Part shown: positions 40,483 to 49,098 of the stretch, piece by piece
Position numbering within the stretch: the first letter of the stretch is position 1
Layout of the letters: each line of letters begins with the position of its first letter
Source of the DNA: Spirochaetia bacterium
GTDB taxonomy: Bacteria; Spirochaetota; Spirochaetia; DSM-2461
Length of the DNA: 64,000 nt
Assembly (NCBI GenBank): GCA_963666985.2
Contig: CAXXIA010000001.1
Span: 1,440,001-1,504,000 of the forward strand
Direction of reading: 5' to 3'
Notes under the pieces: generated by a model
The model's input: only the letters and a program-made list of their open reading frames with translations
The model's database searches: none
What the model was told of the DNA's origin: nothing
Program-made: the position numbers and the translations under genes

Positions 40483-40635
40483 CGGCTTCGACGCTCCTTG
40501 AAAGAACGGAGGAATCGAAAACGGCTATGGAATCGGCATCCCGGCCGCCGACGGACGAGGGACCGGGCCGAGCGGCGGCCGTCGGCGGTGTATAAAAAGC
40601 GAATCATTTTTACGTTTTTCATTAACCATCCTTTT

Positions 40636-41557
40636 TCATGCGGCCCGATAGAAAAAATTCACGATAAATCCGAGAACAACGGAAAACAGAAGAACGAATC
40701 CCGCGTAGGAAACGAAACGCCCGACTCCGAGAACCGATTTCATTGCGCTGAGATTGGTCAATTTCGTGGCCGGTCCCGACACCATGAAAGCCGCGGCGCT
40801 TCCATAACTCATTCCTCCGCGAAGCCATTCGGCCAAAAGCGGAATGGTGCCGCCGCCGCAGACGTACACCGGCACGCCGAGCGCAGCCGCCAGGAGAACG
40901 CCGAATCCCTTTCCCTTCTCGCCGAACAGACCGGACACCAGGCTCGGCGGAACATACCGCTGATACAACGCGGTCAGAATAATCCCCAGAGCGAAATACG
41001 GACCGGTCGCCTTAATATTCCTCCAGATGCTCCATAGAAACCTGCCGAAGACTCCCGGAACGACATCCCGACTCCCGCATTCCTCCGTTAAGGTAAACGA
41101 GAAAAAAATTTCCGTTCTTTGAGAAAAGCCGTACAAGCAGCCCGGCGAGCAGACCGCCGAGGAACGCCGCGGCGAAACGAAGAACGAACAGTGTTCTCCC
41201 GAGGACGGCGCTGTAGGCAAGCAGCTGCGGATTTAAGAGGATGGATGACATCATGAACGCCGCCAGCCAATCGTCACGGACTCCCTTCTCCGAAAAGGAT
41301 GCGGCCAGGGGTATGGTGCCGTACATGCACAGCGGAGAAGCGATGCCGATCAGGCTCGCCGGAATGATGCCGAGTATCCCCAGACGCAGATCTCGGAGTG
41401 ATTCCAGCGATGCGGAAATCCGCCTTTTTCCGAAAACGGATACCGCCGATCCCGCTACCGTACCGATCGCCCAATACGGAGCGATCAGCCGGGTCTGAAG
41501 GCTCAGGTAGTACATGAGATAGACGGACTCGCGCCGGATAATCTCGAACACCATCAT
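40636..41557 (-). pseudogene. DUF318/ArsP-like permease split by a frameshift (or a sequencing error)
   Basis: N-half in one frame (ASPLCMYGTIP) and C-half in another (GVPVYVCGGGTIP, GPATK). Removing one T from the T7 run at 41102-41108 joins them as NGNFFSFTLTEE. Confidence 0.8.
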
Positions 41558-42591
41558 CAGTCGATCATCACCAGCCGATAAGTCCGGCTGCCCAGACCCA
41601 GCTTTTCCGCATGATCGAGTGTATGCGTTCCGTTGCGCGATTCGATCCGCTCCCGAAGAGACCGGCTGCCTTCCTTATCGGATGAAGCGTAAACTTGATC
41701 CACGCAGGCCTGGTCCAGGGCAACGGGATCCGGGGACGCCAGGATGCCGATGTCGGCCAGTTCCGGAGGAGCCGGGCTGGAATCGCAGTCGCAGTCCACC
41801 GAGAGGTTGTTCATCACGTTGATGTAAAGAATGTTGTCGCCCAGATCCGCCATGACGGCTCCGGCGGCATCCGCCATGGACTCAAGGAAAAGATCCTGAT
41901 CCGTACCGAAGGCGGATCGAATATCGGATCTCGTTGTTCCCGCGCTGTGAATCCAGATCTTTCCTTCCGCCGAAGCGATACCGATGGACATGTTCTTGAT
42001 GGCGCCGCCGAAGCCGCCCATGGCATGTCCCTTGAAGTGGGAAAGGATCAGATAGGAATCGTAATCATGAAAATGGGACCCGACGAAATCCGCCCGAATG
42101 TTCTTTCCGTTTTCAAAGGGCAAAACGACCGAGCCGTCTTCATCCAGGATGTCCACCTCCGCGATGGCGGTAAAACCATGGTCTGCGGCAACCTGCTTAT
42201 GCATGGCCGTAGCGGCCCTTCGGCCGCCGTAGGCGGTATTGGATTCCACTATGGTCGCATCCAGTGTTTGAACCAGATCACCGATAAGAGCGGGAGAAAG
42301 GAAATGATGCCCTCCCGGTTCCCCCGTATGGACCTTGACGGCCACTTTCCCCGGAAGCCGATGGTCGAGGGCCTCGTAGATTCTCATCAATCCTTCCGGA
42401 CCGATGTCGCCTGTCATGTAAACGACGGGGATTTCCGCCCGATCTGCGGCCGCCGCCGTTTCTTCTCCGCGGCCGCTTTCCGCAGGTTCCTGTTCTTCCG
42501 ATGCTCCGAATCCCGAGAAAACGAGAATACCGCCGCCGAGGCAGAGGCAAACCAAGAGGAGAATCGCAACGCGTTTCATTTTCTTCTTCAT
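41557..42591 (-). CDS. DUF362 domain protein with signal peptide
   Basis: VAVKVHTGE, ESNTAYGG.R, SHFKGH.MGGFGGAIKN, SVDCDC, DPVALDQAC. Confidence 0.85.
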   Translation of the reverse strand: MKKKMKRVAILLLVCLCLGGGILVFSGFGASEEQEPAESGRGEETAAAADRAEIPVVYMTGDIGPEGLMRIYEALDHRLPGKVAVKVHTGEPGGHHFLSPALIGDLVQTLDATIVESNTAYGGRRAATAMHKQVAADHGFTAIAEVDILDEDGSVVLPFENGKNIRADFVGSHFHDYDSYLILSHFKGHAMGGFGGAIKNMSIGIASAEGKIWIHSAGTTRSDIRSAFGTDQDLFLESMADAAGAVMADLGDNILYINVMNNLSVDCDCDSSPAPPELADIGILASPDPVALDQACVDQVYASSDKEGSRSLRERIESRNGTHTLDHAEKLGLGSRTYRLVMID

Positions 42592-42699
42592 TTCGAACTC
42601 CTTGATTTCGAACCGGAGATCCTTCTCCGGCCTATGCTATTCAGGGCTGTCGAAACCCTACTCTTCGAAGCCCTCTTCAGGCCGAAGGTCAGATCCAGG

Positions 42700-43449
42700 T
42701 TATTTCTCCGCTTCCTGGACGCACCGAAGCGCGTTCAGGCTGCGGGGATAGCCGATAAACGGCAGGCATTGGGAAATCACTTTGATGAGGAAGCTTTTAT
42801 CGTTGCCCATCTTCATGTTGGCCGCGGCATGACTGATCAATTGGGGCTCGCAGCCGCCCTGGGCCGAAAGGAAGCAGAAGGTGATCATCTCGCGTTGCCG
42901 GAGATCCAAACCGCCGCGGGTGTAATAATCGCCGAAGCAGTTGTCGGCCAGCCAGCGGTTGATATGGCGACTTTCCTCGGGACCGAACTTCCAGAAATCC
43001 CTCATGCCGTCTCCGAAGATGTCCACTTGGGCTTGAATCCCCGCTTCCAGACGAGTTTCGGCCGTCGTCGTCGATTGGCAGGGAAGAGGCAATTCCACAC
43101 CGCGGTCCGCCAGCCCAACATTGACTGCATTCAAAAACGGGTAGACCCGGCCGATTCCCAGATACGCCACCGCCTGGTAGACGATTTCCTTGACTTCGAC
43201 CGGGGTAACCCCCAGGTTCAGCGCCGCGGGAAGCATCGCCCGGAATTCATCGAGGCCCTGGCAACCGAGAAGTGTCGCGAGAATCGCCATCATGCGGGTT
43301 CGGTCCTCGAGATCGTCCTGGTTCGGCACCTCGTCGAAAGCAAAATTGTCGAAAAGCTCGATGAACTCAGGGTCGGTCTCGGGGAATTTCGAGACCGACT
43401 CGGGAAACATCTTCTCGTGATATCGCTTCGCCTTTTCCGTAATCGGCAT
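42700..43449 (-). CDS. Carboxymuconolactone decarboxylase (AhpD-like) family protein, tandem domains
   Basis: TDPEF..F..FAF, KEIVYQ...YLG, FGDYYTR.GL...REMIT, PFIGYPRSLNA. Confidence 0.88.
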   Translation of the reverse strand: MPITEKAKRYHEKMFPESVSKFPETDPEFIELFDNFAFDEVPNQDDLEDRTRMMAILATLLGCQGLDEFRAMLPAALNLGVTPVEVKEIVYQAVAYLGIGRVYPFLNAVNVGLADRGVELPLPCQSTTTAETRLEAGIQAQVDIFGDGMRDFWKFGPEESRHINRWLADNCFGDYYTRGGLDLRQREMITFCFLSAQGGCEPQLISHAAANMKMGNDKSFLIKVISQCLPFIGYPRSLNALRCVQEAEK

Positions 43450-43461
43450 ATCCGTCCCCCT

Positions 43462-44304
43462 TTATTTCCCCAGACCGGTTAAGAACTCCACGGTCTGCGG
43501 ATCGTCATGGGAAAAAAAGGCGCTCTCCCTCTCATCCAGAGTCCCAATCGCGGCCATCTCCTCATCGGTCAGCAAGAAGTCGAACACATCGATGTTCTCA
43601 AACATACGTTCCTTGCGGGTGGTTTTGGGAATAACGACGACGCTGTTCTGGATGAGGAAACGAAGAATAACCTGCGCGGCCGTTTTTCCGTACTTCTCTC
43701 CGATATCCTTGAGCGTCCGGTTGGAAAACATCTCTTTGCGCCCCTCGGCGAAAGGTCCCCAGGATTCATGCTGAACACCGTACTTCTTCATAATCTCATG
43801 GGCGTTTTTCTGCTGATGAAACGGATGGGTTTCGATTTGATTAACCGCAGGAACCACCTCGTTGAACCGGCAGAAATCAATCAGGCGATCCGGATAAAAA
43901 TTGCTGACGCCTATCGCACGGACTTTCCCGTCTTTATAGGCTTCCGACATGGCACGATAAGTTCCGTAATAATCGTTGAACGGCTGGTGGATCAGCAGAA
44001 GATCGATATAGTCGGACCGCAGTTTCTTTAAAGATTCCTCGATGGAGAGTTTGGCCTTCTCATAACCGCCGTTGGAAATCCAGACCTTGGTCGTAATGAA
44101 CAGTTCATTCCTCGGTATGCCGCATTTGGAAACGGCGCTGCCGACGCCTTCCTCGTTGCGATAGGCCTGCGCCGTATCGATGGAGCGGTATCCCGCCGAA
44201 AAGGCGTCCAGAACGCACCTTTCGCATTCATCCGGCGTTACCTGATACACACCGTATCCCAGAATCGGCATCTTGACGCCGTTGTTTAAAGCCACGTATT
44301 CCAT
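43462..44304 (-). CDS. Aldo/keto reductase (2,5-diketo-gluconate reductase-like)
   Basis: LNNGVKMP..GYG, GYRSIDTAQAY.NE, ITTK, DLLLIHQP, IGVSNF, IPK. Confidence 0.95.
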   Translation of the reverse strand: MEYVALNNGVKMPILGYGVYQVTPDECERCVLDAFSAGYRSIDTAQAYRNEEGVGSAVSKCGIPRNELFITTKVWISNGGYEKAKLSIEESLKKLRSDYIDLLLIHQPFNDYYGTYRAMSEAYKDGKVRAIGVSNFYPDRLIDFCRFNEVVPAVNQIETHPFHQQKNAHEIMKKYGVQHESWGPFAEGRKEMFSNRTLKDIGEKYGKTAAQVILRFLIQNSVVVIPKTTRKERMFENIDVFDFLLTDEEMAAIGTLDERESAFFSHDDPQTVEFLTGLGK

Positions 44305-44352
44305 AATGAACTCCTTGTTTCTTGTCGCTTGCGATCCGGCCGATGCCGCTTC

Positions 44353-44883
44353 CTAGCCGGCATGGCCTAAGTTTTTCAGCCATCGCTTCACTTCACTGCG
44401 GGACTGATTGACTCGGGATCCTCTGAGAGCCAATCCCTTCTCGACATTCGCGTTCGGGCAAGCCTCCTTAAGATCATGTTCGCTGCTCCCCATGCCGCTC
44501 CCTTCATGAGTACAGAAAGGAATGATGGTTTTTTCCGTAAAATCCAATGACTCCAGAAAGGTGAAGACCGCCATGGGCATGGTTCCCCACCAGTTTGGAT
44601 AACCGAGAAAAACGGTTGTGCAGCCGTCCGGATCGGGAAGAGAACCGAGAAGTTTCGGCCGCGCCCCATCATTCAGCTCTTTCCGGGCGATCCGGGTCGT
44701 CTCGGAATAATCCTCGGGATAGGAATCGACGGTTCGAATTTCAAAAAGTTCGCCTCCGGTCAAATCCCGAATGTCTTCCGCGACAACCGCGGTATTCCCG
44801 ACGGAAAGAATCTCGATTCCGCTGCGTCCGTAATTCCGCCCGGTTCTGGAGAAATAGGCGATGAGTATTTTGTTTTCAGTCAT
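44353..44883 (-). CDS. Flavodoxin (cytoplasmic)
   Basis: IAYFSR, VGNT, LGYPNWWGTMP, PFCTHEGSG. Confidence 0.9.
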   Translation of the reverse strand: MTENKILIAYFSRTGRNYGRSGIEILSVGNTAVVAEDIRDLTGGELFEIRTVDSYPEDYSETTRIARKELNDGARPKLLGSLPDPDGCTTVFLGYPNWWGTMPMAVFTFLESLDFTEKTIIPFCTHEGSGMGSSEHDLKEACPNANVEKGLALRGSRVNQSRSEVKRWLKNLGHAG

Positions 44884-44895
44884 TCTTCGGTCTCC

Positions 44896-45036
44896 CTATT
44901 TCAGCCGGTCGCAGTCCGAGTCATTCACCGGTTCCGGCCGCTCGGTGCGGCGATACGGACGAACAGGCTCTCCCTGGCCGCGCCGGTGTTTAGCGCCCGG
45001 CGGGATGCTCACGACATCGCCGGCATGAAGTTCCCT
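44896..45036 (-). pseudogene. Start-less C-terminal remnant of a cupin gene
   Basis: Manual translation RELHAGDVVSIPPGAKHRRG...ERPEPVNDSDCDRLK* resembles cupin motif 2 (GDVVxIPxGxxH). Confidence 0.6.
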
Positions 45037-45052
45037 GTTTTTCTTTCAGTCG

Positions 45053-46219
45053 TTACATGGCGTTTTCAAGAATTGTACGGCTGATCTTCGGCGTCAAATC
45101 CCGTGATTCCGAAAGAGCCGTCATTCCATGTGCCTCAAGAGCGGCGATAACCTCGTCAATCTCTTCTTTATTCACGCCGTAAGAAGAAAGCTTCGTATCG
45201 ATTCCCAAGCCCTCGAAAAACTCCCGGGTCTTCGCGATGGCCGCGTTCGCCTTCTCATCGTCGCCGCCGGAAGTGATATTCCAGACCCGCTCGGCGTACT
45301 GAACCAGCTTGGCCATCTTCTTCTCCTTGCGGACCGCCAAAAGCGAAGGAAGGACGATCGCCAGAGTTCGGCCATGATCGATTCCGAAACGGGCCGTCAG
45401 TTCATGCCCGATCATGTGGGTGGCCCAATCCTGGGGCATACCCGCGGCGATCAATCCGTTCAGTGCCATCGTTGCGGCCCACATGTGATTGGCCCTTACG
45501 TCGTAGTTCTCCGCGTCATCGACCGAAGCCCCGCCGATCTCTATGAGCGTCTGAAGCAGGCCCTCGCAGAACCGATCCTGCACCCGCCCCTCGGCGGGGA
45601 AAGTCAGATACTGTTCGATGGTGTGAACGAAAGCATCGACGATTCCATTGGCCACCTGATTCTTCGGCAGGGTATAGGTAAGCGTCGGGTCCAAAAGAGA
45701 AAACTTCGGAAAAACCATTCCGCTCATGAGCGGAAGCTTGGAATGCCCCAGAGAGATGACCGCTCCGCTGTTCATCTCCGAACCGGTGGCGGGAAGAGTC
45801 AGAACCGTTCCAATGGGAAGAGCCTTGCCGACCACTTCCGCGGGAACGGGCATCAGGCCGAACTTGAGGATGTCCGCTCCTTCGCCGCCGTAGCAGGAAG
45901 CCAGGGCTATAAACTTGGTTCCGTCGATGACGGATCCGCCGCCGACGGCCAGAAGAAAGTCAACCTTTTGTGTCTTGGCGACGGCCACGGCTTTCATCAA
46001 AGTCTCGTATCGAGGATTGGGTTCTATCCCGCCGAATTCAAAGAACGTCCTGCCGCCGAGAGCCGTTCTGATTTTCCCGAGAAGACCGGACTTCTCCGCG
46101 CTGCCTCCGCCGTAGGTTATCAGGACTACGGCATCCGGGGGGATGAGCGTATCAAGCTCGGGGATTCTGTTTTTACCAAAAACAATGTGTGTCGGATTAT
46201 AAAAATCAAAATTGAACAT
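45053..46219 (-). CDS. yqhD: Iron-containing NADPH-dependent aldehyde reductase/butanol dehydrogenase (YqhD/Bdh-like)
   Basis: YNPTHIVFG, TYGGGS, GIEPNP, AVGGGSVID, TLPATGSE, DAFVH, WATHMIGH, IDH. Confidence 0.9.
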   Translation of the reverse strand: MFNFDFYNPTHIVFGKNRIPELDTLIPPDAVVLITYGGGSAEKSGLLGKIRTALGGRTFFEFGGIEPNPRYETLMKAVAVAKTQKVDFLLAVGGGSVIDGTKFIALASCYGGEGADILKFGLMPVPAEVVGKALPIGTVLTLPATGSEMNSGAVISLGHSKLPLMSGMVFPKFSLLDPTLTYTLPKNQVANGIVDAFVHTIEQYLTFPAEGRVQDRFCEGLLQTLIEIGGASVDDAENYDVRANHMWAATMALNGLIAAGMPQDWATHMIGHELTARFGIDHGRTLAIVLPSLLAVRKEKKMAKLVQYAERVWNITSGGDDEKANAAIAKTREFFEGLGIDTKLSSYGVNKEEIDEVIAALEAHGMTALSESRDLTPKISRTILENAM

Positions 46220-46480
46220 TAAAACTCCTCATCGTATTAATTCGCCGCTATTAGAACGGCTTGATTTCAGATAATTCCAAACCGCTTCCGTCTGCGATTG
46301 TGATAACGGATGAAAAACACATCGTCGGTGCAATGAGATTCGCCTCGGCGGAAAGCGTTCCCGAAGTAAAGTTCAGGCATGGGATTCGCGCGGACATCCG
46401 CCAAGACCCGGCCGGCCGTTTTCATTCTCGAACCGCCGCAGCTTGGAACGTAAACTGAATTTAAAGATTTTCAGAAAGAG

Positions 46481-46570
46481 AAAAATGTCCATTCCGATTT
46501 ATTAATTGCCTATTCGTCCAATTAATCTTGCCATTCGGTTCAATTAGTTCTCTATTCGTGCATAATTCGG
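46481..46570. promoter_or_regulatory. 50-bp direct repeat copy 2 and 21-bp-periodic operator array between yqhD-like and araC
   Basis: YATTCS half-sites with ATTC at 46491, 46512, 46533 and 46554. Confidence 0.75.
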
Positions 46571-46598
46571 AATCGGAAGACCAAGAAAGGAATGTGAT

Positions 46599-47480
46599 AT
46601 GGACAGCAAAATCAATAAGATGAAAGAGCTGTTGATGGAGATTCTCCCATCGGATCAATACCTTCAAACGGCGGTTGACGGTGTGGCGCTGGCTCGAAGA
46701 GACCACTCCTATGATCCGAAACCGATGATCTATAAACCTCAGGTTATCCTCCTGGCTCAGGGGAAAAAACACGTTTATCTCGGAGATAAGATCTATACCT
46801 ACGATCCCAGTAATTATTTTGTTCTGACCGTTCCTCTTCCCGTTATCTGCGAAGCCGTCATCGAAGAAGGGAAACCCATGCTGGGAATGATCTTGGAGAT
46901 CGATCCCCAAATCATCGGAGAGATTCTCTATGAGATGGATTCCGCTCCCGCGGAAAAGAAACAAATGAACACAAGCATCTACCAGGCGGAAATATCCGAA
47001 GGAATCGTCGATGCCGCGGTGCGTCTGCTGGAGGCTCTCAAATCGAAAAACGAATTAAGAATACTGGGGCCCCTATATCTGAAGGAAATACTCTTCAAGA
47101 TTCTGACCGGAGAACACGGTGAAATCTTAAGAAACCTGGCGTATAACAACAGAAGCCTTTACCAGATATCCAGAGTGATAACACGGATCCATGAAGAGTA
47201 TTCCAATCCGATCGAAATTCAGTCACTGGCCAAAGAAGCCGGGATGAGCACTTCGGCCTTCCATTCCAGCTTTAAAACGATTACCAGCACATCTCCTTTG
47301 CAATACATTAAGAATATAAGACTGCATAAAGCGAAGGAGCTCATCCAGCAGGAGGGAGAAAAAGCCTATGCCGCCGCGATGAGGGTCGGCTATGAAAGCT
47401 CCTCGCAATTCAACAGAGAATACAAACGCCTCTTCGGAGTTACTCCCGCGAAAGACAGGATGGAGAGTACCGTCTATTAG
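46599..47480 (+). CDS. AraC family regulator, YqhC-like
   Basis: YKP.V.LLAQG.K, VPLPV, LA..AGMS.SAFH..FK..T..SPLQY.K..RL, VGYES.SQF.REYKR.FG; divergent from the yqhD-like gene. Confidence 0.92.
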   Translation: MDSKINKMKELLMEILPSDQYLQTAVDGVALARRDHSYDPKPMIYKPQVILLAQGKKHVYLGDKIYTYDPSNYFVLTVPLPVICEAVIEEGKPMLGMILEIDPQIIGEILYEMDSAPAEKKQMNTSIYQAEISEGIVDAAVRLLEALKSKNELRILGPLYLKEILFKILTGEHGEILRNLAYNNRSLYQISRVITRIHEEYSNPIEIQSLAKEAGMSTSAFHSSFKTITSTSPLQYIKNIRLHKAKELIQQEGEKAYAAAMRVGYESSSQFNREYKRLFGVTPAKDRMESTVY

Positions 47481-47562
47481 TCGGGAAGAAGATGCATCAC
47501 GCATTCCTTTTTTTATTCAGACAAGATCGCCCTTACTCGGATTGCGCTAACGGCTGTAAGAC

Positions 47563-47600
47563 AAGAGAGGCCGCCCGATCGGGCGGCCTCTTTTATTTAT
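47563..47600. terminator. Intrinsic terminator between convergent araC and the tRNA operon
   Basis: AGAGGCCGCCC-GATC-GGGCGGCCTCT followed by TTTATTT. Confidence 0.8.
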
Positions 47601-47607
47601 TCTTCGA

Positions 47608-47679
47608 CATCTCCAGGGGGAATTGAACCCCCGTTGCCGGGATGAAAACCCGGTGTCCTAACCACTAGACGATGGAGAC
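47608..47679 (-). tRNA. tRNA-Glu(TTC)
   Basis: GTCTCCA...TGGAGAT acceptor stem, CCGGG-TT-TTC-AT-CCCGG anticodon arm, GGTTCAATTCC T-arm; CCA not encoded. Confidence 0.95.
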
Positions 47680-47705
47680 AGATTCTCCGGTACAAGTACC
47701 GAAGA

Positions 47706-47778
47706 TGAGCCGTAATGGATTCGAACCATTGACCCACGCCTTAAAAGGGCGTTGCTCTACCTGCTGAGCTAACGGCCC
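47706..47778 (-). tRNA. tRNA-Lys(TTT)
   Basis: GGGCCGT...ACGGCTC acceptor stem, ACGCC-CT-TTT-AA-GGCGT anticodon arm, GGTTCGAATCC T-arm. Confidence 0.95.
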
Positions 47779-47788
47779 GCGAGAAAAG

Positions 47789-47817
47789 AATCTACTGAGG
47801 AGGGACAATCGTGTCAA
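47789..47817 (-). promoter_or_regulatory. Sigma-70 promoter of the tRNA operon
   Basis: TTGACA-17 bp-TAGATT, 10 bp before tRNA-Lys. Confidence 0.75.
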
Positions 47818-47896
47818 CGCCTTCGGTTGAAGATTCTCTAATTTTCCATCGGATCAACAAATATAAGTACTCCGGGAAAAAACGTTTTTCACATCC

Positions 47897-48004
47897 AAGG
47901 CAATTTCATAATTCATGAAATTGCTTAAATCCGGTAGCCGAAACCCTTTAAAACTCGCTTTAGAAGGGCTTTGTGTCAAAAATCGCTGATTTTTAGAATC
48001 ACCT
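47897..48004 (-). repeat. 108-bp three-hairpin repeat, copy B (inverted relative to A)
   Basis: See copy A; contains the GCAATTTCAT-N5-ATGAAATTGC palindrome. Confidence 0.85.
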
Positions 48005-48091
48005 CATCCGATATTCAGCATCCCGGAAGAATCCCGAAAAACCGGCAAATCGGGTAAGAACGTCTTCATGCCCCTTTCCGAATAACCGGTA

Positions 48092-48730
48092 TCAGCCGGT
48101 TACCCGTTCCAGCCCGACTCGGGCGTCTTCCAAAGAAGGCTGCAGTTCAAGAGCCTTTTTATAAGCCGCTTCGGCGCCTTCGGTATCCGGGATTTGCTCT
48201 TTGGCGTATCCGAGACGCACCCACCACCTCGCCACCCCCGGACTATGGTAGAGAGCCGACGAGAATGCGATATCGGCGTGCTGGTATTCGGCAAGTCTTA
48301 AAAAAATCTCTCCCATGAAGTAATACACGGCATCGATGCGTTCTCCGGTAGGATTCAGTCCGACATATTCCTCAAAAAGAGAAAGGGCTTCCAGGTTGCG
48401 GCCGAGGTAATACAGGGCTTCGGCCTCGTTCTCGATGATACGGGCGTCATAACGGACTTCCTCGCGTGCCTGCCGTGAATAAGAAAGAGCCTTTTCATAT
48501 TCGCCCAGCCGAATATAAGACCACCCCAGAACCGAATAGGAATTCATCCGCTTTTTCACCTGATCCGGTCCCCAGGTATCAAGTTCTTTGAGGCACACGC
48601 GGACGGATTCTTCAAACTGTCCCTGACGATAAAGTTCCAGCGCATCCGGCTCCTGGCCGAACAATGCGGGCGAGAGCACCGCCGCGAAAACCGCAGCCGT
48701 CAACAACACTGTAAATCGTTTTTTTGCCAT
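48092..48730 (-). CDS. Exported tetratricopeptide-repeat protein
   Basis: Signal peptide; TPR patterns (LGWSY..LG.Y..A, YYFMGEI, LGYA.E...A..AY..AL.L.P). Confidence 0.85.
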   Translation of the reverse strand: MAKKRFTVLLTAAVFAAVLSPALFGQEPDALELYRQGQFEESVRVCLKELDTWGPDQVKKRMNSYSVLGWSYIRLGEYEKALSYSRQAREEVRYDARIIENEAEALYYLGRNLEALSLFEEYVGLNPTGERIDAVYYFMGEIFLRLAEYQHADIAFSSALYHSPGVARWWVRLGYAKEQIPDTEGAEAAYKKALELQPSLEDARVGLERVTG

Positions 48731-49098
48731 CAGGCACCTCCCTTCGGCGGGCGCATGCGGCTCACACCGTCAAACCGGCAGCCGGTATCCATTACGATCT
48801 TCGGAGCGGTAATATCGCCGACCACTTCGGCTTCACCCTGAAGCTCCACCCGGGAAGCGGCGTTGATGCTCCCCTTCACTCTTCCCCGCACGTAAACCGA
48901 ATCGGCGACGATGTCCGCCTCCACATCGGCATCCGAGGCAATATAAAGATCGCCGGTGGCGCGGATCTTTCCGGAATAACGTCCTTTAATCATCAGTTCC
49001 TTTGTAAAAGACGCCTCTCCCTCAAAGCTGATGTCCTCGGCAAGGACCGTATCCAGCTTGTTCTCATTAACGCGGCGTTCATGGATTTCAGCCATCAT
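48730..49098 (-). CDS. Bactofilin (polymer-forming cytoskeletal protein)
   Basis: TVL..D..FEG, L.I.G...G.I, V.GDI beta-helix repeats, F.G end. Confidence 0.9.
   Translation of the reverse strand: MMAEIHERRVNENKLDTVLAEDISFEGEASFTKELMIKGRYSGKIRATGDLYIASDADVEADIVADSVYVRGRVKGSINAASRVELQGEAEVVGDITAPKIVMDTGCRFDGVSRMRPPKGGA

Noticed and set aside
41695..43482. 595-aa ORF on the + strand
   Set aside because: It is antisense to the well-supported DUF362 and CMD genes, which happen to share a frame. It has no recognisable motif and is a typical shadow ORF from codon bias.
45128..46222. 364-aa ORF on the + strand (similarly 29882-30883, 21213-22097, 11166-12032, 722-1462)
   Set aside because: These are antisense shadows of clearly identified genes.
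46267..46425. 52-codon minus-strand ORF upstream of the yqhD-like gene
   Set aside because: No RBS and no recognisable motif; it cannot be distinguished from chance.
46485..46560. 21-bp periodic repeats as a mini-CRISPR or iteron array
   Set aside because: The conserved cores are only ~6 bp, there is no repeat-spacer structure and no cas or rep gene; an AraC operator explains them better.
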